From NCBI GenBank assembly GCA_963831805.1, contig CAWHRN010000010.1, positions 1,107 to 65,106 on the forward strand: a stretch of 64,000 bases of DNA, in the 5' to 3' direction. How positions within the stretch are numbered: position 1 is the stretch's first letter; the number at the start of each line of letters is the position of its first letter. Source of the stretch: an uncultured Verrucomicrobiae bacterium. Lineage in GTDB: Bacteria; Verrucomicrobiota; Verrucomicrobiia; Chthoniobacterales; UBA10450. Below are positions 9,989-18,449 of this stretch, one piece after another. A program made the translations under genes and the position numbers. The notes beneath the pieces are model-generated. The model was not told the DNA's origin. It saw nothing but the letters and a program-made list of their open reading frames with translations, and ran no database searches.

Positions 9989-12900
9989 GAAAACAAACTT
10001 CAATCTTTCGGAATGGGCCCTGCGGCATCGATCGCTCGTTTGGTATTTCATGGCCATCTTCGCGGTCATGGGCGTGATGTCTTACCTTCATCTCGGGCGC
10101 GAAGAAGATCCTTCGTTCACGATCAAGACGATGCTGATCCAGGTGCAATGGCCGGGCGCCTCCGTGGACGAAATGTCGAAGCAAGTGACGGAGCGGATTG
10201 AGCGCAAGCTCGAGGAACTCGACGTGCTGGACTACACCAAGAGCATGACGACGCCCGGTCAGACGATCGTGTTCGTCTACCTGCGGGATTCAACCAAAGG
10301 ACGCGACGTTCCCAATACGTGGTTGCGGGTGCGGAACATGATCAATGACATCCGTCCGGAATTCCCAGCGGGCGTAACGGACCCAGCTTACAACGACCGC
10401 TTCGGCGATGTCTTCGGCAACATCTATGCCTTTACCTCAGATGGGCTCAGTCAGCGGCAATTACGAGATTACGTCGAGCGGGCGAGGAGGGACGTCCTGC
10501 TTATTCCCAACGTCGGGAAGGTAGACCTGATCGGGGCGCAGGACGAAGTCATTTACCTTGAATTTTCGGTGCGACAGATCGCGGCGCTCGGACTCAACGA
10601 GCAGGATATCCTCCGCACGCTCCAGGCGCAGAACGCGGTTATCCCTTCGGGCGTCGTGGAAGCCGGGCCCGAGCGGATTGTTCTTCGCGTCGGTGGCCAG
10701 TTCATTTCCGAGGAGAGTCTGCGTTCGATCAATCTACGCGTGAACGATCGTTTCTTTCGCCTCAGTGATCTCGTCACTATCAGGCGCGGCTACGCCGACC
10801 CTCCGCAGATGCTCTTTCGTGTAAATGGCAAGCCAGCCATCGGACTCGCGATCAACATGAAGACCGGCGCGAACGTTCTCCATTTCGGTGAGGCTTTGAA
10901 AGAGAAGATGAACACGATCATCGGCGAGCTGCCGATTGGGGTCGGAGTGCACCAGGTGTCTGATCAACCGGCCATCGTCGAAGAATCAGTCAGCCAATTT
11001 ACGCATGCCTTGTTTGAGGCGGTCGCGATCGTGCTAGCGGTTAGCTTCGTTAGTCTTGGGCTGCGGCCCGGCCTGGTGGTGGCCCTGGCGATTCCGCTCG
11101 TGCTCGCGATGACATTCATCGCGCTCGAGTATCTTGGCATTTCGCTCCAGCGGGTTTCGCTCGGTGCGTTGATCATTGCGCTGGGACTGTTGGTCGATGA
11201 CGCGATGATCGCCGTCGAGATGATGGTCAGCCGGCTCGAAGTAGGCGATCCGCTGACTAAAGCGGCAACTTTCGTTTACACCTCGACTGCATTTCCGATG
11301 CTCACCGGGACGCTGGTGACAGTGGCCAGCTTCCTGCCCATCGGGCTGAACAGCAGCAACGCGGGTGAATACACCTTTTCGCTCTTCGTTGTCATCGCCA
11401 TTTCACTCCTCCTGTCATGGCTCGTCGCGGTGGTATTTACCCCGCTCCTCGGCGTGACGCTGCTGCCAAAGGCGCTCAAGAAACACGAGCAGAAGCCGAG
11501 CCGCGTTAGCGCGACCTTCCGGCGACTGCTCGACCTCGCGATGCGGCGGGCGTGGCTGACGGTTGCGATCTCGGTCGGCTTATTCGCCGTTTCACTTCTT
11601 GGATTGAAGTTCGTCCCACAGCAGTTCTTCCCGCCATCGGCTCGGAGTGAACTCGTCGTCGACTTCACGTTGCCGCAGAACGCATCGATCGCCGCCACGA
11701 AAGCCGCGATGGACCGCTTTGAACGCCATCTCGCTAGTAACAGCGATGTCGACAGCTGGTCCTCCTATGTGGGGCAGGGCGCGATTCGATTCGTGCTCGC
11801 TTTCGACGTGCAGATGCCTAACCCAAACTACGGGCAAATCATCATCGTGGCTAAGAGTGTCGAGGCGCGGGATCGCCTGAGGACGCGACTGAAGGAGATC
11901 GCGCACAACGAGTTCATCGGCGTCGACATTCAAGCGGAGCTCTTACCGCTCGGGCCTCCAGCCGGCCGGCCGGTTCAATATCGCGTGAGCGGCCCCGACA
12001 TTCAGAAAGTGCGAGAACTCGCGCAGCAATTGGCGGCGAAGATCGGCTCAAATCCACTCTTGGAGGATATCGGCTTTGATTGGATGGAGCCGGCGCGCGT
12101 CGTGAAAGTAGAAGTGATGCAGGACAAGGCGCGGGAACTCGGGGTCACTTCCGAGACCATTGCAGAGACTCTCAATAGCATTGTCCGCGGCGCCACAGTC
12201 ACTCAAGTCCGTGATGACATTTATCTCGTGAATGTTGTCGCGCGAGCGCGTGACGCCGAACGCGGCTCGATCGAGACACTGCAGAATCTCCAGCTCATGG
12301 CCGGAAACGGGAAGGCCATCCCGCTCGCCGCGGTCGCAAACTTCCGCTACGAACTTGAACAGCCCATCGTCTGGCGACGGAGCCGACTCCCTACCGTCAC
12401 GGTGCGGGCAGGCATCGTCGGCCCAACGCAACCGGCCACCATCGTGCAAGAGTTAAGCAAGCGCGTGGACGAGTTTAAGCGCACGCTGCCGGTCGGCTAT
12501 CGCATCGAAATCGGTGGTCCGGTGGAAGAAAGCGCCAAGTCGCAAGGACCGATCGCGGCAATCGTACCACTGATGCTCTTCGTCATGGCCACGATCCTCA
12601 TGATCCAACTGCAAAGTGTGCAACGATTATTCATGGTCCTCGCGGTGGCCCCGCTCGGTCTCATCGGCGTGGTCGCTGCCATGGTCCCGAGCGGTTCGCC
12701 GATGGGCTTTGTCGCAATTCTTGGAGTCCTCGCGCTGATCGGCATTCTGATCCGAAATTCCGTGATCCTTATCGTACAGATCGAAGAGCACCGGCGCGAA
12801 GGCATGGCGGCCTGGGCGGCGGTCTTGGACGCCACGATGCACCGGACGCGCCCGATCATGTTAACCGCGGCCGCTGCCAGCCTCGCGCTGATTCCGATTT

Positions 12901-13085
12901 GCCGCGAAGGCTTCTGGGCTCCCATGGCGTTCGCGATGATGGGCGGAATCATCGTCGGTACTCTCCTGACGCTTCTGTTTCTGCCGTCACTCTATGTCGC
13001 GTGGTTCCGGGTTGCACCACCCGCGGAGTCAAAGGCAAAGCGGGCCGCGACCATCGCAGCTCCACCGCAGGCGTGCCTGGCGTGA
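9987..13085 (+). CDS. RND efflux transporter, inner-membrane permease (AcrB/HAE family)
   Basis: Intact 1032-aa ORF with 12-TM/two-large-loop architecture. Typical motifs GALIIALGLLVDDAMIAVE and AILGVLALIGILIRNSVIL. Confidence 0.9.
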   Translation: MKTNFNLSEWALRHRSLVWYFMAIFAVMGVMSYLHLGREEDPSFTIKTMLIQVQWPGASVDEMSKQVTERIERKLEELDVLDYTKSMTTPGQTIVFVYLRDSTKGRDVPNTWLRVRNMINDIRPEFPAGVTDPAYNDRFGDVFGNIYAFTSDGLSQRQLRDYVERARRDVLLIPNVGKVDLIGAQDEVIYLEFSVRQIAALGLNEQDILRTLQAQNAVIPSGVVEAGPERIVLRVGGQFISEESLRSINLRVNDRFFRLSDLVTIRRGYADPPQMLFRVNGKPAIGLAINMKTGANVLHFGEALKEKMNTIIGELPIGVGVHQVSDQPAIVEESVSQFTHALFEAVAIVLAVSFVSLGLRPGLVVALAIPLVLAMTFIALEYLGISLQRVSLGALIIALGLLVDDAMIAVEMMVSRLEVGDPLTKAATFVYTSTAFPMLTGTLVTVASFLPIGLNSSNAGEYTFSLFVVIAISLLLSWLVAVVFTPLLGVTLLPKALKKHEQKPSRVSATFRRLLDLAMRRAWLTVAISVGLFAVSLLGLKFVPQQFFPPSARSELVVDFTLPQNASIAATKAAMDRFERHLASNSDVDSWSSYVGQGAIRFVLAFDVQMPNPNYGQIIIVAKSVEARDRLRTRLKEIAHNEFIGVDIQAELLPLGPPAGRPVQYRVSGPDIQKVRELAQQLAAKIGSNPLLEDIGFDWMEPARVVKVEVMQDKARELGVTSETIAETLNSIVRGATVTQVRDDIYLVNVVARARDAERGSIETLQNLQLMAGNGKAIPLAAVANFRYELEQPIVWRRSRLPTVTVRAGIVGPTQPATIVQELSKRVDEFKRTLPVGYRIEIGGPVEESAKSQGPIAAIVPLMLFVMATILMIQLQSVQRLFMVLAVAPLGLIGVVAAMVPSGSPMGFVAILGVLALIGILIRNSVILIVQIEEHRREGMAAWAAVLDATMHRTRPIMLTAAAASLALIPICREGFWAPMAFAMMGGIIVGTLLTLLFLPSLYVAWFRVAPPAESKAKRAATIAAPPQACLA

Positions 13086-13278
13086 GTAACCGATGAGCCA
13101 CGATGCAACAAAGGTCGATGAAGGTTACAGATGCGCCAGACCCTAGTCGGGCAGTCAGATGGCGACTTTCTCGACCTTCTTCTCCCTCGCCGCGAGATAC
13201 GCTGCCGAAGCGCGAGACTTTAGGGGGTCAGAGTGGGGTTGCATTGTTTCTTCGGACAGTGTGGTAAGGGTATTTGAG

Positions 13279-13845
13279 TTAGCTGATTGCATTGTTAATT
13301 CGAGGGGAACAGTTGTTCAAATTGCAGCGGGGAGCGATAACCGAGCGCGCTGTGCAGCCGGGTGCGGTTATAGAAGGTCTCGATGTAATCAAAAATCGCG
13401 GTGCGGGCCTCGGCGCGGGTGGTGAAGCGCTGATGATAGACCAGCTCGTATTGAGGCTGCTCCAAAACGACTCGATAAAGGCGTTATCGTAGCAGTTCCC
13501 CGCGCGACTCACGGAAGCGAGCAGGCCATGCTCGGCCAGGACTTGGCGATAAGCGGCGCTGGCGAACTGCATGCCGCGATCGGAGTGGACGATGAGGGTT
13601 CTTCCCGGCGGCCGTTGGGCCAAGGCCATGCGCAGTGCTGCGATCGTGAGTGGAGCGTCGAGGATGGGACTCATGGCCCAGCCGACGACGCGCCGGCTGC
13701 AGAGGTCCAGGACTGCGACCAGATAAAGCCAGCCTTGGCCGGTCAGGACGCCGGTGGCATCGGTAACCCAAACCTGGCTCGGCGCCGCGGTCGCAGGTGA
13801 TTCGAGCGCCGCGATTAACGGACTGGTCACGATTCTCACGCCCAA
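13279..13845 (-). mobile_element. IS3-family transposase OrfB (DDE/rve core), N-terminally truncated and C-terminally frameshifted. No OrfA present
   Basis: VWVTDATGV...LYLVAVLDLCSRRVVGW...HSDRGMQFAS...NCYDNAFIESFW. The C-terminal ...LHSALGYRSPLQFEQLFPSN reads in another frame. Truncated at ~13841 where the dockerin-end repeat begins. Confidence 0.75.
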
Positions 13846-13884
13846 ACAGTTTCGGACCGATCTCGGGTAAGTGACCGTGCTCGC

Positions 13885-14082
13885 CTAGGGGAGCGAGTGC
13901 CGCCGGGAATCCTTCACGATCCCGTAGTCCGCGCGGTTCACGATCCCGTCCGCGTTCACATCGAGCCGGAAGTTGTCCGCCGTGGTTTCTTGCCCGCGGG
14001 CCGCGCTCGAAGCATTGTTCGGGAATCCGTGGCCAATCCAATCGAAGAGAGCGAAGACGCTTCGCTCGGGCAGTTTCACCAT
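13885..14082 (-). pseudogene. Orphan 3-prime fragment of a dockerin-like secreted protein gene (duplicate of the end of 15961..17232)
   Basis: Last 40 aa (ARGQETTADNFRLDVNADGIVNRADYGIVKDSRRHSLP) and the nucleotides 13841-14010 match 15912-16080 almost perfectly. Confidence 0.7.
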
Positions 14083-14205
14083 CGCCGCACCGAGATTTGC
14101 GGCAATCGTGAATTAGTCGAATCCCTCGCCACCGGTCAAGTTCGTGGACCAAGGGAAGAAGCGCGAGGGATGGCGCATTGCTGGGTCCGAAGCTAGGATG
14201 AATCC

Positions 14206-14502
14206 ATGAAACCAAGCCGCGAGCTTTTCCTCTCTCGTCTCCGTGAGGCGAAGCCCGCTCTGCAGGCCGAGTTTCCGCTGACGCGGCTGGCACTCTTTGG
14301 GTCCTACGCCATGGGCACGCAGGTCGCCGGGGAAAGCGACGTGGATATCCTGGTCGAGGTGGAACCTTCCATTGGCCTGCGTTTCGTCGCGTTGGCCGAG
14401 CGCCTGGAACAACTCCTCGGTGAACGGGTGGACCTCGTCTCGCGCCGGGCGATCAAACCCTCGCTCTGGGAGAGAATTGAGCCGGAGCTGATCGATGCCT
14501 GA
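14206..14502 (+). CDS. Nucleotidyltransferase-domain protein (MNT-type antitoxin-like). No HepT/DUF86 partner seen
   Basis: LFGSYAMGTQVAGESDVDILVEV minimal nucleotidyltransferase motif. Intact 98 aa. Confidence 0.7.
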   Translation: MKPSRELFLSRLREAKPALQAEFPLTRLALFGSYAMGTQVAGESDVDILVEVEPSIGLRFVALAERLEQLLGERVDLVSRRAIKPSLWERIEPELIDA

Positions 14503-14572
14503 ATTACAAGCAGGCTTAGAAACGCCGATTTCGCTAGGATAGGAATGGATCGGAGTTAAAATTGATTCGCCA

Positions 14573-14812
14573 ATGAAAACTTTTGCAACAACTGCGAGGG
14601 TGGCGGCCGACGGGACTCTCCAGATCGTGGCGCCATTGGAATTGGCAAACCAGAATGTGGACGTGGTCGTAAAGGAAAAGCGCGCCTCGGCCTCGGAGCG
14701 ATGGTCGGCCTGGGAACGATTATTTCAAGAAATTCGAAGCCGCCCGGAAAGTCGCAACATTACCGAAGAGGACATCGAGCGTGAGATTGCTGCCGTGCGC
14801 AGCGGTCGATGA
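14573..14812 (+). CDS. Putative antitoxin of the downstream PIN toxin
   Basis: 79-aa ORF overlapping the PIN gene start by 4 nt (ATGA). Small size and position only. Confidence 0.45.
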   Translation: MKTFATTARVAADGTLQIVAPLELANQNVDVVVKEKRASASERWSAWERLFQEIRSRPESRNITEEDIEREIAAVRSGR

Positions 14813-15219
14813 AAGTGGTGGTCGACACCAATGTGCTGATCTCCGCGGCGCTCCGCGATCAGCTTCCGGAAAAGGTGCTGGAAGCTGTCATCAAGCACGA
14901 TGATTGGGAATGGGTGCTGACGCCGGCGTTGCTGGGCGAGTATGCAGAGGTGATCCGGCGGCCACGGCTGCGGCTCGAACCTGTGGTGCAGGAGCGATGG
15001 CTGGCACTGGTGCGTGATCATTCCGTAATGGTGGAAACTTCGCCGCCGGAAATCGAGTTCATCCGGGACCGGCGCGATATCCTCGTTCTCCAAGCCGCCA
15101 TTGTAGGAGCGGCAGATTATCTGATCACCGGAGACAAGGACTTTGCGGACGCGCAGGCTCTAATTCCCAGCCGCATTATGAGCCCACAAGGCTTCGCGCG
15201 CCTGCAGGGGATCGTTTGA
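14809..15219 (+). CDS. PIN-domain toxin (putative ribonuclease)
   Basis: MKVVVDTNVLISA ... LITGDKDF, with the conserved acidic residues of PIN domains. Intact 136 aa. Confidence 0.75.
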   Translation: MKVVVDTNVLISAALRDQLPEKVLEAVIKHDDWEWVLTPALLGEYAEVIRRPRLRLEPVVQERWLALVRDHSVMVETSPPEIEFIRDRRDILVLQAAIVGAADYLITGDKDFADAQALIPSRIMSPQGFARLQGIV

Positions 15220-15704
15220 AATCACCGATGGCCGCACCCGGCGAACATAAGACGGTGCAAGCCCGCATTCTGCAGTACGCGCAGGAGACTGGCTGGACGA
15301 TTGTGTCCCGCGAGGAAGCGGAGCGGCGACGGGGGTTTGATCCGGACGTGCCGTCCGCTGATCGTTCCAAGAACCGTTCGCTTTTCTTCGACGACCTGCT
15401 CGACGCGAAGGTGGGGAATTCAACCTACACTACGCCGAAGCCGAGGGGGCGTTGCTCGGGCAGTTCCGCCATCTCCACAACGACATCTACGGCAACCGCG
15501 AGTTCGTGGAGCACCTGCGCAACCGGGGCAAGTTCTTCGATCACGAGGAGAAGCGCGAGCGCGACCTGGTCCTGATCGATTACGACAACCCGGCGCGAAC
15601 GTTTACGAAGTCACTGAGGAGTGGGCCTTTCACAACGGCCACTACGGCACGCGGGAGGATGTCGTCTTTCTCATTAACGGCATCCCGGTGCTGGCGATCG
15701 AGTG
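15216..15704 (+). pseudogene. hsdR: Type I restriction enzyme R subunit N-terminal fragment, two frameshifts, truncated by the repeat at 15705
   Basis: KTVQARILQYAQETGWTIV..., LGQFRHLHNDIYGNREFVEHLRNRGKFF..., EDVVFLINGIPVLAIEC (HsdR N-terminal nuclease-domain motif). The reading frame ends abruptly at the repeat boundary. Confidence 0.75.
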
Positions 15705-15960
15705 CGGCCTGCCCCGCTCCGCCCGCCGGGCAAGATGCCAAGATTCACGCACTGACCTCTCATTCCTCCTCCCGCTTGATGTTGTTTGTAGTCCGGGGTC
15801 CAGGCTGTAGAGGCGGCCCGCTCCGCCGCGGAGGTGGGATCCACCTGGGAAGCCGTGCGCTCGGCACGAGCGCCGCTACAGCCCGATGGCCGGCGGTGCA
15901 TCCGGGGGTGCTCACGCCCAAACAGTTTCGGACCGATCTCGGGTAAGTGACCGTGCTCGC
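15705..15960. repeat. Copy B of the ~300-bp structured repeat, immediately 3-prime of the dockerin-like gene on the minus strand
   Basis: Matches 2191-2440. The three-hairpin core is at 15803-15883 (closing stem GGCTGTAGAG / CGCTACAGCC with one mismatch). Confidence 0.8.
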
Positions 15961-17232
15961 CTAGGGGAGCGAGTGCCGCCGGGAATCCTTCACGATCCCG
16001 TAGTCCGCGCGGTTCACGATCCCGTCCGCGTTCACATCGAGCCGGAAGTTGTCCGCCGTGGTTTCTTGCCCGCGGGCCGCGCGGACGGCCGCGGCGTCAG
16101 CCAAGTCCACCACGCCGTTGCCATCCACGTCGCCGATCAGCTTGCCGTAATTCGCGGACGCGGTCGGGAGGTAATTCCCCACCTTGTCGTGCACCCCGTT
16201 GATCGTCACTGTGACTACCTGCCCGTCGCATCCGGTCGCGTCGATCTGCACCAGGACGTTTTTCGCGACGGTCGGATCGATGCCCTGCGATCCGTCGTTG
16301 TTTTCGATGCCCGCGTAGACCACCGTCCCGCAGCTCGTAGTCGCCCCGTCGAGATTGGTCAGATCAGCGTCGAATTTGAAGACAATAGAGTCGATTGGCG
16401 TGTCCCGGTCCTCGATCCCGAGACCGTCGGCCGGCAGCGGGATCTCAAACGTGCCGCGCTGGCCCTGTGCCTTTCTCGACGCCACGCTCTGGACGACCAG
16501 GAGACCGCCGTGGGCGTCGGCGCGGATGAGCCAGTTGCCGATGAGGCCGTAGTTTTCTATCGGCGCGACGGGCAGGTCGTTGTCGTTCAAGTCGTAGATA
16601 TCGCCTGTCGTGCCCCCGGCCACATAGCTGCGGTTGGAGTACGAGGGCGCCGTCTCGTCGAACGCGGCCGGAAATTGGCCAGCCCCGTGCGAGATAAAGA
16701 AACCAACAAAGAAGTTCGCCGTCGTCACGGTGGTAGGCGGGAAGTTGGTGGTGATAAAAGTGTTGGTTCCTTCATTCGCGATCACTCCCGAGGCCGTCGC
16801 CAGCACGACCGCGTCCGTCGGGCTGCCATCTCCGTTTGGATCGCTCCAAAGGATGGCCGTGTAGGGTAACCCATTGAGCGTCGGGTCCGGGAGCACGGGC
16901 GAGCCCCAGGCGAGCGAGACGTTGGTAATTATCTGATCGCCCGGGATCACCGCGAATTCATTCAGACAGATCAACTCCCCGCCGGAAGTGAACCCGATTG
17001 AATCCTCGGAGCTGCCGTCATCGATCATGTAGAGCGAGTCCGGGAAGAGCACCCGGTTAAACCCCGCGAAGCCGGAGCGAGACGGAAGACGATGCTGCGA
17101 GGCGGAGGAGAGTGCTGTCCCCGCTGGCGCGGAGAACGGGCAGAGGATAGCCAGGCACGCGATCGCGAGGAGGTGCTGCCGGGATGTAGGCTGCATGATC
17201 CGATCTGGCTGCCGAGCGCTCCCTGATGTCAA
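15961..17232 (-). CDS. Secreted protein with C-terminal beta-sandwich plus dockerin-like (EF-hand-type) module
   Basis: Signal-like N-terminus (LLAIACLAILCPFSAPAG). C-terminus GDVDGNGVVDLADAAAV...DVNADGIVNRADYGIV...HSLP shows two dockerin-type Ca-loop repeats. The true start may be the internal M at 17196. Confidence 0.7.
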   Translation of the reverse strand: MTSGSARQPDRIMQPTSRQHLLAIACLAILCPFSAPAGTALSSASQHRLPSRSGFAGFNRVLFPDSLYMIDDGSSEDSIGFTSGGELICLNEFAVIPGDQIITNVSLAWGSPVLPDPTLNGLPYTAILWSDPNGDGSPTDAVVLATASGVIANEGTNTFITTNFPPTTVTTANFFVGFFISHGAGQFPAAFDETAPSYSNRSYVAGGTTGDIYDLNDNDLPVAPIENYGLIGNWLIRADAHGGLLVVQSVASRKAQGQRGTFEIPLPADGLGIEDRDTPIDSIVFKFDADLTNLDGATTSCGTVVYAGIENNDGSQGIDPTVAKNVLVQIDATGCDGQVVTVTINGVHDKVGNYLPTASANYGKLIGDVDGNGVVDLADAAAVRAARGQETTADNFRLDVNADGIVNRADYGIVKDSRRHSLP

Positions 17233-17554
17233 GCATATTCTCCGCCGCTCGGGGTCCGGATTTAGGGGTGAGAGCTTTAAGCCGGAACTGATCGATGCCT
17301 GGACGATGCTAAGGCGAGAGTGTGGTCAGATAGGGATGAGAACGGCGCGGCTCGTGAGCCCAAGGCGAGAAAAAAGTAGGAAAAAATCACGCGCTCAGAA
17401 TGGTTGGCATCGCGGCTGCTGTAACTGGGCCCGTTGCTAAATCATTAAAGGGACTTCTAACCAAACAAAGAGGTCTCAAGCCAACTCCCGATGGAGCGGG
17501 CTGCAACAGTCGGTGGCAGGAGCGACTCGAAATATCTCTGGCTACAAAAACAAT

Positions 17555-18189
17555 ATGCCCAAAAGCACTATTGCCAAAGTGAAGTTCAACCTCTCCCGGC
17601 AGATCCCGATCCAGATCGACCAGGGAAATAACGTCGTCATGATGAGCACCGAGGTGATGTCCGCGACCGAGCCATTAATCGTGACTCTGAAGGCGTCCAA
17701 CACCGACCTGGAAGCCAAGATCGCGAATCTCCTCGCGGCGCGCGGCGCCCTGAAGCAGGCGAAATCGGAGCTACCGTAAGTGCGTCTGCGCAGCGAACCA
17801 GCTATAATAACCTCGGTAACTTCGTCCAGACCAGCTCGGACGGTCAGGAAACGTTCATTATCAGCTGTGGCTACGGCGTTCGCGCCGATGGCAGCCCGAA
17901 ACCCCCGGTGGAAGATGCGCCGGACAAACTGAGCACCCGGGTGAACGGCGTGCCGGGTGTGATCAACCTCAGCTGGGGCAAAGTGCAGTATGCCCGAAAC
18001 TATGAAGTGCAGACGACGACCGACCTGAGCGGCGCTACCGGCTGGACGAGCCAGACGGCAATGCCCAGCGCGGCCAAGCTCGATATCACAGGTCTCGTGA
18101 CGGGCACGAAGTATGCCCTGCGCGTGCGCGCCTGGGGTAACGGCATGCCCGGCCCGTTTAGCAGTCTCTGCCAGCAGATGGCTCCCTAA
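17555..18189 (+). CDS. Hypothetical protein with C-terminal fibronectin type III-like domain, apparent frameshift near 17780
   Basis: ORF 17513..17779 (MPKSTIAKVKF...) continues into ORF 17908..18189 (LSWGKVQYARNYEVQTTTDL...TGLVTGTKYALRVRAWG, FN3 pattern). Confidence 0.45.
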
Positions 18190-18449
18190 CGGAAGAAGGT
18201 CTCGGAAACAGAGTCAGTAAGTAGGCGATCGGCGCGCCCAGTGATGGGCGCGCCGTTTTGCTGTGCCCGGCGCGTAAGAAGTCGCGGCGTAACGCCAACA
18301 ACGCCTGCGTATTCTGCTTGACCTCGAGCCGCCGCACCGGGCATCATCTTTTTCAAATGCAATTCGGGAACCGATCCTCTTTGGTTCGCCGGGAAGTTCT
18401 CTGTCGAGGCTCTCTCCCCACCCCGTCGCTCGTCACTAGGTCTGATCTT

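Noticed and set aside
13484-14293. 269-aa ORF on the minus strand spanning the IS3 fragment, the dockerin stump and the MNT gene start.
   Set aside because: It overlaps better-supported features in other frames or on the other strand and has Arg/Pro-rich composition with no motifs. It is a shadow ORF.
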